UHGV virus genome: UHGV-0123627
Direction: 5' to 3' (one strand)
From: a virus
DNA: 38,813 bases
Positions within the stretch are counted from its first letter, which is position 1, and each line of letters begins with the position of its first letter. Of this stretch, positions 9,693 through 18,790 are shown piece by piece. The notes below the pieces were generated by a model. The model was not told where the DNA came from and ran no database searches. It saw only the letters and a list, made by a program, of their open reading frames with translations. The position numbers and the translations under genes are program-made.

Positions 9693-9986
9693 ATGGTTCG
9701 TGCAAACAAACGCAACGAGGCTCTACGAATCGAGAGTGCGTTGCTTAACAAAATCGCAATGCTTGGAACTGAGAAGACAGCGGAAGCTGTGGGAGTTGAT
9801 AAGTCGCAGATCAGCAGGTGGAAGAGGGATTGGATTCCAAAGTTCTCAATGCTGCTTGCTGTTCTTGAATGGGGTGTCGTTGACGACGACATGGCTCGAT
9901 TGGCACGACAAGTTGCTTCGATTCTCACCAATAAAAAACGCCCGGCGGCAACCGAGCGTTCTGAACAAATCCAGATGGAATTCTGA
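9693..9986 (+). CDS. cII: CII transcriptional activator
   Basis: 97-aa MVRANKRNEALRIESALLNKIAMLGTEKTAEAVGVDKSQISRWKRDWIPKFSMLLAVLEWGVVDDDMARLARQV... matches lambda CII. Confidence 0.95.
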   Translation: MVRANKRNEALRIESALLNKIAMLGTEKTAEAVGVDKSQISRWKRDWIPKFSMLLAVLEWGVVDDDMARLARQVASILTNKKRPAATERSEQIQMEF

Positions 9987-10018
9987 GGTCATTACTGGAT
10001 CAATCCACAGGAGTAATT

Positions 10019-10180
10019 ATGACAAAACGTCGTAAGAAATACCAGGAAAAAGAAGAGATTCGACACCCTGATTCACCTGAGGGATTAGTGGTAGCCGCAG
10101 CAAATAACAGGGCGTTCGCAGAGCGCCTTGTTGGTGTTTACAGACTAGCCAAAGCAGGAGTGAAACATGGGCGTCGTTAA
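10019..10180 (+). CDS. Small basic ORF (53 aa), hypothetical
   Basis: ATG with AGGAG 6 nt upstream; [53 protein letters not shown]; its 3' end overlaps the O-like start by 14 nt. Confidence 0.3.
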   Translation: MTKRRKKYQEKEEIRHPDSPEGLVVAAANNRAFAERLVGVYRLAKAGVKHGRR

Positions 10181-10988
10181 GTTAGTTGATTACAGGCCTC
10201 AACTGGAGGTCGTGGAGCATCGCGTGGCAGATACCGAAGATGGTTTCATGCGCGTTGCTAACGAGATTACCGACGGTCTGCTGATGGCTGATTTAACCGT
10301 CCGGCAGTTGAAGGTGATGCTCGCTATCATGCGCAAGACATACGGATTCAATAAGCCGATGGATCGACTCACAAACACGCAGATAGCAGCCATGACAGGT
10401 ATTCATCACACTCATGTTTGCGCTGCCAAGCGCCAGCTTATTGAGCGTAAATTCCTCATTGCTGATGGCGTGAAAATCGGAGTGAACAAGGTGGTTTCGC
10501 AGTGGATTAGCCAGGACAGCTTAACATTAGCTAAAACAGCTAATAAAACATTAGCCAAGTCGGCTAATGGGTATAAGCCAAGTCAGCTAAACACAAAAGA
10601 CAATATACAAAAGACAATAAATACAAATACCCCCTTACCCCCTAACGGGGGCGGTGATGGGCAGGTTAAACCTGAACGTCGCAAGGCAGAACGAATCGAC
10701 TACGAATCCTTCCTGAACGCCTACAACACCGAAGTCGGTGACAGACTGCCACACGCTGTTGCGGTCAACGAGAAACGCAAACGCCGCCTGAAGAAAATCA
10801 TCCCGCAACTGAAAACGCCAAACGTGGACGGTTTCAGAGCGTATGTCAGGGCGTTTGTGCATCAGGCCAAGCCGTTTTACTTCGGAGACAACGACACGGG
10901 CTGGACGGCCGATTTTGATTACCTGCTGAGGGAAGACTCGTTAACGGGGGTACGGGAAGGGAAGTTTGCAGACAGGGGGATTGCATGA
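10167..10988 (+). CDS. Replication initiator, O-like (P22 gp18 analogue)
   Basis: 273-aa ORF; N-terminal region (...[30 protein letters not shown]) parallels the lambda O N-domain; iterons lie inside the gene; followed by a DnaB-type helicase as in P22. Confidence 0.8.
   Translation: MGVVKLVDYRPQLEVVEHRVADTEDGFMRVANEITDGLLMADLTVRQLKVMLAIMRKTYGFNKPMDRLTNTQIAAMTGIHHTHVCAAKRQLIERKFLIADGVKIGVNKVVSQWISQDSLTLAKTANKTLAKSANGYKPSQLNTKDNIQKTINTNTPLPPNGGGDGQVKPERRKAERIDYESFLNAYNTEVGDRLPHAVAVNEKRKRRLKKIIPQLKTPNVDGFRAYVRAFVHQAKPFYFGDNDTGWTADFDYLLREDSLTGVREGKFADRGIA
10506..10630. repeat. Candidate origin: four about 17-bp iterons plus AT-rich tract inside the O-like gene
   Basis: TTAGCCAGGACAGCTTAA, TTAGCTAAAACAGCTAA, TTAGCCAAGTCGGCTAA, TAAGCCAAGTCAGCTAA at about 20-24 bp spacing, then AAACACAAAAGACAATATACAAAAGACAATAAATACAAATA. 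Confidence 0.55.
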
Positions 10989-12361
10989 AACAGGATATCG
11001 AAGCGAGCGTTATCGGTGGCCTGCTGATTGGTGGATTAACACCAACCGCCAGCGACGTTCTGGCAACGCTGGAGCCGGAAGCGTTTTCAATTCCGCTCTA
11101 CCGGAAAGCCTTCGAGGTTATCCGCAAGCAGGCGAGAAACAGAAACCTAATCGACGCGCTGATGGTTGCTGAGGCGTGCGGAGAGGAGCATTTCACGTCA
11201 ATCCTGATGACCAGTAAGAACTGCCCGAGTGCCGCAAACCTGAAGGGATACGCCGGAATGGTCGCGGATAACTATCACCGCCGTCTGGTGCTGGAAATCA
11301 TGGATGAAATGCGTGAACCAATTCAGAGCGGAACCATCGATACATCGAGTCAGGCGATGGACGAGCTTGTAAAGCGTCTCTCATCCATCAGAAAGCCCCG
11401 TGACGAGGTTAAACCTGTACGGTTAGGGGAAATCATCACTGACTACACTGACACGCTTGACAGGCGTCTGAGGAACGGAGAAGAGTCAGATACCATGAAG
11501 ACCGGAATCGAAGAACTTGACGCCATCACCGGAGGGATGAACGCAGAAGACCTGGTGATAATCGCTGCTCGTCCTGGTATGGGGAAAACCGAGCTGGCGC
11601 TGAAGATTGCCGAAGGCGTTGCAAGCCGCGTTATTCCTGGTTCTGACGTCCGGCGCGGAGTGTTGATTTTCTCGATGGAAATGAGCGCATTGCAGATTGC
11701 AGAGCGAAGCATTGCCAACGCCGGGAGGATGTCGGTTAGCGTGCTGCGAAATCCTGCATCGATGGATGACGAAGGCTGGGCGCGCGTTGCTAACGGCATG
11801 AGTCAGCTTGCAGATTTGGATGTATGGGTAGTCGATGCCTCGCGGTTATCGGTCGAAGAAATACGCTCAATCGCAGAACGGCACAAACAGGAAAATCCAA
11901 ACCTGTCACTCATCATGGTGGATTATCTTGGTCTGATTGAGAAGCCGAAAGCAGACCGCAACGACCTCGCAATTGCTCACATCTCCGGAAGCCTGAAGGC
12001 GATGGCGAAAGACCTGAAAACGCCCGTTATCTCCCTGAGTCAGCTTTCGCGCGATGTTGAGAAGCGACCAAACAAACGCCCGACAAACGCAGATTTGCGT
12101 GATTCAGGAAGCATTGAACAGGACGCAGACTCAATCATCATGCTCTATCGGGAAGCGGTATATGACGAGAACAGTAGCGCCGCGCCATTTGCTGAAATCA
12201 TTGTGACGAAAAACCGTTTTGGCTCGCTTGGTACGGTTTACCAGCGGTTCTGTAACGGACACTTTGTTGCATGTGACCAGGATGAAGCCAGACAGATTTG
12301 CACAGCATCAAATGCACCTGCTGCGCGTGGCAGACGATATGCACAAGGGGCTGACGTATGA
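10985..12361 (+). CDS. Replicative DNA helicase, DnaB family (P22 gp12-like)
   Basis: 458-aa ORF with Walker A ARPGMGKT and DnaB-like C-terminal domain motifs. Confidence 0.9.
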   Translation: MKQDIEASVIGGLLIGGLTPTASDVLATLEPEAFSIPLYRKAFEVIRKQARNRNLIDALMVAEACGEEHFTSILMTSKNCPSAANLKGYAGMVADNYHRRLVLEIMDEMREPIQSGTIDTSSQAMDELVKRLSSIRKPRDEVKPVRLGEIITDYTDTLDRRLRNGEESDTMKTGIEELDAITGGMNAEDLVIIAARPGMGKTELALKIAEGVASRVIPGSDVRRGVLIFSMEMSALQIAERSIANAGRMSVSVLRNPASMDDEGWARVANGMSQLADLDVWVVDASRLSVEEIRSIAERHKQENPNLSLIMVDYLGLIEKPKADRNDLAIAHISGSLKAMAKDLKTPVISLSQLSRDVEKRPNKRPTNADLRDSGSIEQDADSIIMLYREAVYDENSSAAPFAEIIVTKNRFGSLGTVYQRFCNGHFVACDQDEARQICTASNAPAARGRRYAQGADV

Positions 12362-12386
12362 CCATCTACATTACTGAGCTAATAAC

Positions 12387-12419
12387 AGGCCTGCTGGTAA
12401 TCGCAGGCCTTTTTATTTG
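12387..12419 (+). terminator. Intrinsic terminator (tR2-like position, upstream of ninB)
   Basis: AGGCCTGC-TGGTAATC-GCAGGCCT followed by TTTTTATTT. Confidence 0.55.
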
Positions 12420-12434
12420 GGGGAGAGGGAAGTC

Positions 12435-12875
12435 ATGAAAAAACTAACCTTTGAAATTCGATCTCCAGCACATCAGCAAAACGCTATTCACGCAGTACAG
12501 CAAATCCTTCCAGACCCAACCAAACCAATCGTAGTAACCATTCAGGAACGCAACCGCAGCTTAGACCAAAACAGGAAGCTATGGGCCTGCTTAGGTGACG
12601 TCTCTCGTCAGGTTGAATGGCATGGTCGCTGGCTGGATGCAGAAAGCTGGAAGTGTGTGTTTACCGCAGCCTTAAAGCAGCAGGACGTTGTTCCTAACCT
12701 TGCCGGGAATGGCTTTGTGGTAATAGGCCAGTCAACCAGCAGGATGCGTGTAGGCGAATTTGCGGAGCTATTAGAGCTTATACAGGCATTCGGTACAGAG
12801 CGTGGCGTTAAGTGGTCAGACGAAGCTCGACTGGCTCTGGAGTGGAAAGCAAGATGGGGAGACAGGGCGGCATGA
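12435..12875 (+). CDS. ninB: NinB (Orf recombination mediator)
   Basis: [66 protein letters not shown]... matches lambda NinB. Confidence 0.9.
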   Translation: MKKLTFEIRSPAHQQNAIHAVQQILPDPTKPIVVTIQERNRSLDQNRKLWACLGDVSRQVEWHGRWLDAESWKCVFTAALKQQDVVPNLAGNGFVVIGQSTSRMRVGEFAELLELIQAFGTERGVKWSDEARLALEWKARWGDRAA

Positions 12876-13048
12876 GACGACAGCGACGAAGCATCACCGA
12901 CATAATCTGCGAAAACTGCAAATACCTTCCAACGAAACGCTCCAGAAATAAACGCAAGCCAATCCCAAAAGAATCTGACGTAAAAACCTTCAACTACACG
13001 GCTCACCTGTGGGATATCCGGTGGCTAAGACATCGTGCGAGGAAATGA
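12872..13048 (+). CDS. ninE: NinE-family small protein
   Basis: 58-aa [58 protein letters not shown]; start overlaps the ninB stop (ATGA). The ninD versus ninE naming is from memory. Confidence 0.65.
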   Translation: MRRQRRSITDIICENCKYLPTKRSRNKRKPIPKESDVKTFNYTAHLWDIRWLRHRARK

Positions 13049-13434
13049 CAATGGATTATTCACAGTTAAGTGATTTTGAAATTAACGTGGCGGTATTCGA
13101 AGCCATTCATAACGGATCACCGGATTACAAAGAAGGTGAGAATGGCGATATGGTGTTTGTCTCATTTGAGGGAGACATTGTAAACGGAGACGCAGTTGAA
13201 GTAGAAGTTGAGCGCGGATCCTTTAACCCATGCGTAAACCCAGCAGACGCATGGCCGATTATCACTGAAAACAACATCAGCATAATTTTAGACAATCCCT
13301 CAATGCCGTGCGCTACAGACAACGCAAGGGACTTGTTTGATGATGCCGGACCGAATGTTGGTGTTGCATATGACAATCCACTCCGTGCTGCCATGATTGT
13401 CTTTCTCATGATGCAGGACGCCAATAATGCTTAG
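13045..13434 (+). CDS. Hypothetical nin-region protein (about 128 aa)
   Basis: ATG overlapping the ninE stop (alternative ATG at 13051 with better SD spacing); acidic protein with no confident family assignment. Confidence 0.5.
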   Translation: MTMDYSQLSDFEINVAVFEAIHNGSPDYKEGENGDMVFVSFEGDIVNGDAVEVEVERGSFNPCVNPADAWPIITENNISIILDNPSMPCATDNARDLFDDAGPNVGVAYDNPLRAAMIVFLMMQDANNA

Positions 13435-13603
13435 CCCATCCCAATCCCTCCAATACCAGAAAGAAAGCGTCGAGCGGGCTTTAACGTGCGCTAAATGCGG
13501 TCAGAAGCTGCATGTGCTGGAAGTTCACGTGTGTGAGCACTGCTGCGCAGAGCTGATGAGCGATCCGAATAGCTCAATGTACGAGGAAGAAGACGATGAG
13601 TGA
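13427..13603 (+). CDS. ninF: NinF-like small Cys-rich protein
   Basis: 58-aa [58 protein letters not shown] from manual translation; resembles lambda NinF. Confidence 0.7.
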   Translation: MLSPSQSLQYQKESVERALTCAKCGQKLHVLEVHVCEHCCAELMSDPNSSMYEEEDDE

Positions 13604-13865
13604 TTTCTCTGAGCTTATTTCCTTCAAAAAAGACAGAGAAGAAATGCGGACTGAATCTGTCTATTACGTTCAACACCGGAATAAACGCTCTGTACTTGAT
13701 CAGGAGCTGGTTATTACCGGAGACCTGGCATTCAGAACATATAAGGCCAGCATGGAAATGAAGGATTTCCCTAAATGTGGTTCTGAAAGAGAAGCCGCGT
13801 TAAAGCTGGCAGAGTGGATGCAGAGAATGGCTGCTGCAATTGAGAATTACTGGAGCGAACCATAA
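13596..13865 (+). CDS. Hypothetical nin-region protein (89 aa)
   Basis: ATG with GAGGAAG upstream, overlapping the ninF end; [36 protein letters not shown]... Confidence 0.5.
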   Translation: MSDFSELISFKKDREEMRTESVYYVQHRNKRSVLDQELVITGDLAFRTYKASMEMKDFPKCGSEREAALKLAEWMQRMAAAIENYWSEP

Positions 13866-14476
13866 TGGCTAAACCAGCGCGAAGACGATGTAAAAACGAT
13901 GAATGTCGGGAATGGTTTCACCCTGCATTCGCTAATCAGTGGTGGTGCTCTCCAGAGTGTGGAACAAAGATAGCACTCGAACGACGAAGCAAAGAACGCG
14001 AAAAAGCGGAAAAAGCAGCAGAGAAGAAACGACGACGAGAGGAGCAGAAACAGAAAGATAAACTGAAGATTCGAAAACTCGCCTTAAAGCCCCGCAGTTA
14101 CTGGATTAAACAAGCCCAGCAAGCCGTAAACGCCTTCATCAGAGAAAGAGACCGCGACTTACCATGTATCTCGTGCGGAACGCTCACGTCTGCTCAGTGG
14201 GATGCCGGACATTACCGGACAACTGCTGCGGCACCTCAACTCCGATTTGATGAACGCAATATTCACAAGCAATGCGTGGTGTGCAACCAGCATAAAAGCG
14301 GAAATCTCGTTCCGTATCGCGTCGAACTGATTAATCGCATAGGGCAGGAAGCAGTAGACGAAATCGAATCAAACCATAGCCGCCATCGCTGGACTATCGA
14401 AGAGTGCAAGGCGATCAAGGCAGAGTACCAACAGAAACTCAAAGACCTGCGAAATAGCAGAAGTGAGGCCGCATGA
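13865..14476 (+). CDS. ninG: NinG (Rap recombination-promoting endonuclease)
   Basis: 203-aa ORF with Cys-rich N-terminus and length and position matching lambda NinG. Confidence 0.9.
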   Translation: MAKPARRRCKNDECREWFHPAFANQWWCSPECGTKIALERRSKEREKAEKAAEKKRRREEQKQKDKLKIRKLALKPRSYWIKQAQQAVNAFIRERDRDLPCISCGTLTSAQWDAGHYRTTAAAPQLRFDERNIHKQCVVCNQHKSGNLVPYRVELINRIGQEAVDEIESNHSRHRWTIEECKAIKAEYQQKLKDLRNSRSEAA

Positions 14477-14679
14477 CGTTCTCAGTAAAAACCATTCCAG
14501 ACATGCTCGTTGAAGCATACGGAAACCAGACAGAAGTAGCACGCAGACTGAAATGTAGTCGCGGTACGGTCAGAAAATACGTTGATGATAAAGACGGGAA
14601 AATGCACGCCATCGTCAACGACGTTCTCATGGTTCATCGCGGATGGAGTGAAAGAGATGCGCTATTACGAAAAAATTGA
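14473..14679 (+). CDS. ninH: NinH
   Basis: 68-aa [68 protein letters not shown] matches lambda NinH. Confidence 0.85.
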   Translation: MTFSVKTIPDMLVEAYGNQTEVARRLKCSRGTVRKYVDDKDGKMHAIVNDVLMVHRGWSERDALLRKN

Positions 14680-15328
14680 TGGCAGCAAATACCGAAATAT
14701 TTGGGTAGTTGGCGATCTGCACGGATGCTACACGAACCTGATGAAAAAACTGGAGACGATGGGATTCGACACCAAAAAAGACCTGCTTATCTCGGTTGGC
14801 GATTTGGTCGATCGCGGTACAGAGAACGTCGAATGTCTGGAATTAATCACATTCCCCTGGTTCCGAGCTGTACGTGGAAACCATGAGCAAATGATGATTG
14901 ATGGCTTATCAGAGCGTGGAAACGTCAATCACTGGCTGTTTAATGGCGGTGGCTGGTTCTTTAATCTCGATTACGACAAAGAAATTCTGGCTAAAGCTCT
15001 TGCCCATAAAGCAGATGAACTTCCGTTAATCATCGAACTGGTGAGCGAAGGTAAAAAATATGTCATCTGCCACGCCGATTATCCTTGTGACGAATACGAA
15101 TTTGGAAAGCCAGTTGATCATCAGCAGGTAATCTGGAACCGCGAACGAATCAGCAACTCACAAGACGGGATCGTGAAAGAAATCAAAGGAGCTGACACGT
15201 TCATCTTTGGTCATACGCCAGCAGTGAAACCACTCAAGTTTGCCAACCAGATGTATATCGATACCGGCGCAGTGTTCTGCGGAAACCTCACATTGATTCA
15301 GGTACAGGGAGAAGGCGCGTGGGCATAA
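14657..15328 (+). CDS. ninI: NinI Ser/Thr protein phosphatase
   Basis: [29 protein letters not shown]...GNHE... metallophosphatase motifs; matches the lambda phosphatase. Confidence 0.9.
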   Translation: MRYYEKIDGSKYRNIWVVGDLHGCYTNLMKKLETMGFDTKKDLLISVGDLVDRGTENVECLELITFPWFRAVRGNHEQMMIDGLSERGNVNHWLFNGGGWFFNLDYDKEILAKALAHKADELPLIIELVSEGKKYVICHADYPCDEYEFGKPVDHQQVIWNRERISNSQDGIVKEIKGADTFIFGHTPAVKPLKFANQMYIDTGAVFCGNLTLIQVQGEGAWA

Positions 15329-15837
15329 GAGAACTAAACCTCACCAAAGAGCAGCACGAGTGGCTGAATGGCTGGCTTGAACTGTGGGGCGCATGGGTTT
15401 ATTCAGGTCGTCTGGAAAAGCGCATGAGCAGCGTAATAGCGAAGTTCATGGAGAGCGTAGAGCCGGGAAGAGTTATGACAAGGCCAATGTGCAATGATGA
15501 TGATGGAATGTTGATTTCTCAGGTCGTCGATTCCGTCATGTACATTGACAAAAAAGCCTTTGGCATCCTCCTCAGCTACTACGCTCATGGTTCATCTAAG
15601 CGAGCAATTGCATCCTACTATCACGCGACTGCAAAGCCACGCAAGATGTGTGGACGTGGTGGCGAGGGATGGAGAAAACCTTCACTGGCAACCTGTAGAA
15701 ACGAAATTGACGACATCCTGAAAGCGTCATTATTTGTTTTGTACCAACCAATGCAAAATGCTTTCAAAATGCGTAAACGTGTTGAGAAAGTTAAGCATGT
15801 TGCTGTTAAAAACCTTGACATGCAATTAGCCATTTAG
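15319..15837 (+). CDS. Late-gene antiterminator Q (non-lambda, QuuD/phage 82-like family)
   Basis: 172-aa ORF directly after ninI; the ...[12 protein letters not shown]... and ...[14 protein letters not shown]...YYAHG... segments resemble the ERWGAW / CDDD motifs of QuuD-type Q proteins as remembered. Not lambda Q. Confidence 0.65.
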   Translation: MGIRELNLTKEQHEWLNGWLELWGAWVYSGRLEKRMSSVIAKFMESVEPGRVMTRPMCNDDDGMLISQVVDSVMYIDKKAFGILLSYYAHGSSKRAIASYYHATAKPRKMCGRGGEGWRKPSLATCRNEIDDILKASLFVLYQPMQNAFKMRKRVEKVKHVAVKNLDMQLAI

Positions 15838-15844
15838 CTATAAT
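15815..15844 (+). promoter_or_regulatory. Candidate late promoter pR'
   Basis: TTGACA (about 15815-15820), 18-bp spacer, TATAAT (about 15839-15844); the -35 lies in the last codons of Q. Confidence 0.5.
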
Positions 15845-15854
15845 TAGAGGGTAA

Positions 15855-15897
15855 GCTGCCGTTAGTGACTCTTAAGTTGCAACGGTGGCTTTTTTTA
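15855..15897 (+). terminator. Candidate tR' terminator
   Basis: GCTGCCGTT ... AACGGTGGC hairpin (two G-U pairs, long loop) followed by TTTTTTTATTT. Confidence 0.4.
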
Positions 15898-15900
15898 TTT

Positions 15901-15975
15901 GGGTCAGTCGTATAAAGGTCATTACGGAAGGCTGTTAACCTTCTTATCGTGGTTCGAGTCCACGCTGTCCCGCCA
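15901..15975 (+). tRNA. tRNA-like gene, anticodon GTT (Asn) by manual fold
   Basis: Hand-folded cloverleaf: T-arm CGTGG-TTCGAGT-CCACG, anticodon arm GAAGG-CTGTTAA-CCTTC, 3' end GCCA; the acceptor stem has one T-T mismatch and the D stem is 3 bp. Confidence 0.5.
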
Positions 15976-15980
15976 AATAT

Positions 15981-16056
15981 GCTGGTTTAGCTCCAATGGT
16001 AGAGCAGTCGCCTTGTAAGCGAATGGGTAGCGGTTCAAGTCCGTTAACCAGCACCA
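15981..16056 (+). tRNA. tRNA gene, anticodon TGT (Thr) by manual fold
   Basis: Perfect 7-bp acceptor stem GCTGGTT/AACCAGC, D-arm GCTC/GAGC, T-loop TTCAAGT, encoded CCA end; anticodon loop CTTGTAA. Confidence 0.7.
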
Positions 16057-16300
16057 TAACTGAGCCGTAGCCACTGGCTATCCTGAATTCATCAGTGATA
16101 GTTACGCTGCGGCCTTCTACACATGACCTTCGTGAAAGCGGGTGGCATGAGGTTGCGCTAACAACCTCCTGCCGTTTTGCCCGTGCATATCGGTCACGAA
16201 CAAATCTGATTACTAAACACAGTAGCCTGGATTTGTTCTATCAGTAATCGACCTTATTCCTAATTAAATAGAGCAAATCCCCTCAATGAAGGGGTAGAGC

Positions 16301-16504
16301 ATGTACCGTATGGACAAAATCAGAGAATGGTTCAGTTACAGCTTCGGAGGACTGACTGCGATGGGTGGCATTCTCTCCCTGAATGACTGGGCTGTCATCA
16401 TTGGTATTCTTTGTACTGTCGGCACATTTGGCATCAACTGGTACTACAAGCGCAAAGAGCGCGAGGACAGATTGAATGGCAATGTCACCGGCACTACGAA
16501 ATAG
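16301..16504 (+). CDS. Holin (small two-TMD class, likely pinholin) with dual-start motif
   Basis: 67-aa [60 protein letters not shown]...; Met1 and Met4 separated by a basic residue; directly upstream of a SAR endolysin. Confidence 0.8.
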   Translation: MYRMDKIREWFSYSFGGLTAMGGILSLNDWAVIIGILCTVGTFGINWYYKRKEREDRLNGNVTGTTK

Positions 16505-16979
16505 CGTAATAGCGGCGATAAGTGGCGGGGCTATTGCTATAGCATCTGTGTTAATCACTGGACCAAGTGGTAACGATGGCCTGGAAGGTGTCAGCTACAT
16601 ACCATACAAAGATATTGTTGGTGTATGGACTGTATGTCACGGGCATACAGGAAAAGACATCATGCTCGGTAAAACGTATACCAAAGCAGAATGCAAAGCC
16701 CTCCTGAATAAAGACCTTGCCACGGTCGCCAGACAAATTAACCCGTACATCAAAGTCGATATACCGGAAACAACGCGCGGCGCTCTTTATTCGTTCGTCT
16801 ATAACGTGGGCGCAGGCAATTTCAGAACATCGACGCTTCTTCGCAAAATCAACCAGGGCGATATCAAGGGCGCATGTGACCAGCTACGTCGCTGGACATA
16901 CGCTGGCGGTAAGCAATGGAAAGGGCTGATGACTCGCCGTGAGATTGAGCGTGAAGTCTGTTTGTGGGGGCAGCAATGA
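16476..16979 (+). CDS. SAR endolysin (lysozyme, phage 21 R / P1 Lyz type)
   Basis: N-terminal Gly/Ala-rich weakly hydrophobic signal-anchor-release segment ([19 protein letters not shown]) followed by a lysozyme-like domain; GAGGA 8 nt before the ATG. Confidence 0.9.
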   Translation: MAMSPALRNSVIAAISGGAIAIASVLITGPSGNDGLEGVSYIPYKDIVGVWTVCHGHTGKDIMLGKTYTKAECKALLNKDLATVARQINPYIKVDIPETTRGALYSFVYNVGAGNFRTSTLLRKINQGDIKGACDQLRRWTYAGGKQWKGLMTRREIEREVCLWGQQ

Positions 16980-17413
16980 GCAGAGTAACTGCGATTATCT
17001 CCGCTCTGGTTATCTGCATCATCGTCTGCCTGTCATGGGCTGTTAATCATTACCGTGATAACGCAATCGCCTACAAAGAGCAGCGCGATAAGGCCGCATC
17101 CACAATTGCTGACATGCAGAAGCGTCAACGTGATGTAGCAGAACTTGACGCCAGATACACAAAGGAGCTTGCTGATGCTAACGCGACTATCGAAAGTCTC
17201 CGTGCTGATGTTTCTGCTGGTCGTAAGCGCCTGCAAGTCGCCGCCACCTGTGCAAAGTCAACGACCAGAGCCAGCGGCATGGGCGATGGAGAAAGCCCAG
17301 GACTTACAGCAGATGCTGAACTCAATTATTACCGTCTCCGAAGTGGAATCGACAAGATAACCGCGCAGGTTAACTACCTGCAGGAATACATCAGGACGCA
17401 ATGCCTGAAATGA
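16976..17413 (+). CDS. Rz: Rz i-spanin
   Basis: [30 protein letters not shown]... matches the lambda Rz N-terminus; start overlaps the endolysin stop (ATGA). Confidence 0.9.
   Translation: MSRVTAIISALVICIIVCLSWAVNHYRDNAIAYKEQRDKAASTIADMQKRQRDVAELDARYTKELADANATIESLRADVSAGRKRLQVAATCAKSTTRASGMGDGESPGLTADAELNYYRLRSGIDKITAQVNYLQEYIRTQCLK
17175..17360 (+). CDS. Rz1: Rz1 o-spanin (lipoprotein), embedded in the +1 frame of Rz
   Basis: [20 protein letters not shown] then a Pro-rich segment; lipobox LVVSAC; wholly inside Rz. Confidence 0.75.
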   Translation: MLTRLSKVSVLMFLLVVSACKSPPPVQSQRPEPAAWAMEKAQDLQQMLNSIITVSEVESTR

Positions 17414-17449
17414 TCGGGCGATGAAAACCAAAAAAAACAGGAGCAATAC

Positions 17450-17725
17450 ATGACTAAGCTTTATCACCGCATCTCAACTTTTCTCTCTGGTTGCTGGGCG
17501 TTTATCACGTCTATTTCGTTCGCCATCTTTAGTTTCGGTAGCACAGCGTGCTCGCTTAGTCGGGGTCTGTGGCGTGCTATTTCAGCACTAGCGCCGAAAT
17601 TTTTACCTGAAAAGGCTGTTTGGCGAATTGTAGAGCGAATGTGTAGTGAGAGCGTTCGCGAGAAGATTAACGTATTTGGACGTCATCCTCGAAATACAGG
17701 CGCATTGTGCAGTTCGTTACTGTAG
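17450..17725 (+). CDS. Hypothetical protein (91 aa)
   Basis: ATG preceded by CAGGAG; no recognisable family; could be non-coding. Confidence 0.3.
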   Translation: MTKLYHRISTFLSGCWAFITSISFAIFSFGSTACSLSRGLWRAISALAPKFLPEKAVWRIVERMCSESVREKINVFGRHPRNTGALCSSLL

Positions 17726-18019
17726 TCATTACAAAGCCCATCAATGGGTGGGCTTGATAATGAAACCGGAATTTATTCTGGGCAACCAGTTACGGCAGTA
17801 CCGCGAAACAACCCAAGCCAGTAAGTGGGGAAATAACACTGGCAGCCACTGAAAGATGAACCTCCAGCCTTATGGCAAAAAAGATTCTTTGTGGTGGCGG
17901 ACTGATGGAAAGACATCGGTTATTGCAGAGGCCATTCAATGAGTGGTCTCGACAATGGCTTATACCCTACACGGGATAACTTAACTGATATCCCTTTTAA
18001 CGGATAAACGGAGCCAACA

Positions 18020-18262
18020 ATGGCAGAGATTATTCCCATGACTGAAGAACAGAAATTCCAGTTAGAGATTTACAAACTGGTCATGAACCAGAACGCAGCC
18101 GCAGAAGAAGCATTTCAGTTCATTGGCACTGACGAGCTGAAGCTTGAGCTATTCAAAATTCACTTCCAGTCAGGCGGCGCTAATTCAGATATCACGATCC
18201 GCACATTCGAAGCGGTGCGTAAATCGAAGGAAGCGTTAGACCTGTTCACCACCGGAGCATGA
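18020..18262 (+). CDS. Hypothetical small acidic protein (80 aa)
   Basis: ORF with AACGGAG upstream; MAEIIPMTEEQKFQLEIYKLVMNQNAAAEE... Confidence 0.4.
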   Translation: MAEIIPMTEEQKFQLEIYKLVMNQNAAAEEAFQFIGTDELKLELFKIHFQSGGANSDITIRTFEAVRKSKEALDLFTTGA

Positions 18263-18263
18263 T

Positions 18264-18443
18264 GTGAGCTGCGTAATCAATTTGGGTAAGGAAAAGAAAT
18301 TCCCAATTACTCAAGAGCTATACGAGCGGTTGGAAAGCGCCATCCATGATTACGATGGTGAAATCAGTTTATGTGAGGCGATTGGCACACTCGAATTGCT
18401 GAAGCAGTCACTGATTGAAGGCGCGAAAGAGTCCTTAACCTGA
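18264..18443 (+). CDS. Hypothetical small protein (59 aa, GTG start)
   Basis: GTG 6 nt after GGAG, starting right after the upstream stop; ends just before a strong hairpin terminator. Confidence 0.2.
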   Translation: MSCVINLGKEKKFPITQELYERLESAIHDYDGEISLCEAIGTLELLKQSLIEGAKESLT

Positions 18444-18468
18444 AATAACGATTAAGTGAGATGAATAT

Positions 18469-18500
18469 GGCAGCACTCAACATGCTGCCTTTTATCGTTT
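18469..18500 (+). terminator. Intrinsic terminator
   Basis: GGCAGCA-CTCAACA-TGCTGCC followed by TTTTATCGTTTATT. Confidence 0.5.
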
Positions 18501-18506
18501 ATTAGT

Positions 18507-18746
18507 TTAACCGCGAGCTTCACGACCGTTTTCGTCTTCAGGCACACGGAAACGCCAGTACTTATCTGGCTTAACCCAAACAACACTTTCACCGCTATCA
18601 ACCCTGAATTTATTAATCACTTTTGTTGATAGCGCTTGGTTGCCATCCGCATTTTCTTTGAGGTGCTGCTCGTTATGTTGTTTAACGAGATAATCCACAA
18701 CATCCTGCTGATAAAGGCAACCCTCTGTTGATAAAACGGACATCAT
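18507..18746 (-). CDS. Hypothetical protein (79 aa)
   Basis: Minus-strand ORF opposed to the late operon; no clear SD; no family recognised. Confidence 0.4.
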   Translation of the reverse strand: MMSVLSTEGCLYQQDVVDYLVKQHNEQHLKENADGNQALSTKVINKFRVDSGESVVWVKPDKYWRFRVPEDENGREARG

Positions 18747-18790
18747 CCATGATGAAATATCATCAAGAGTTAAGGTTGGTGTGTTTGGGG

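Noticed and set aside
16057-16300. Possible third tRNA or toxin cargo (Stx-phage-like position) between the tRNAs and the holin
   Set aside because: No T-loop-like GTTCRANYC motif with a matching acceptor stem was found by eye, and the 244-bp interval has no ORF of useful size.
17646-17852. 68-aa plus-strand ORF overlapping the end of the 17450..17725 ORF
   Set aside because: Starts inside another candidate ORF without an SD; treated as non-coding or unresolved.
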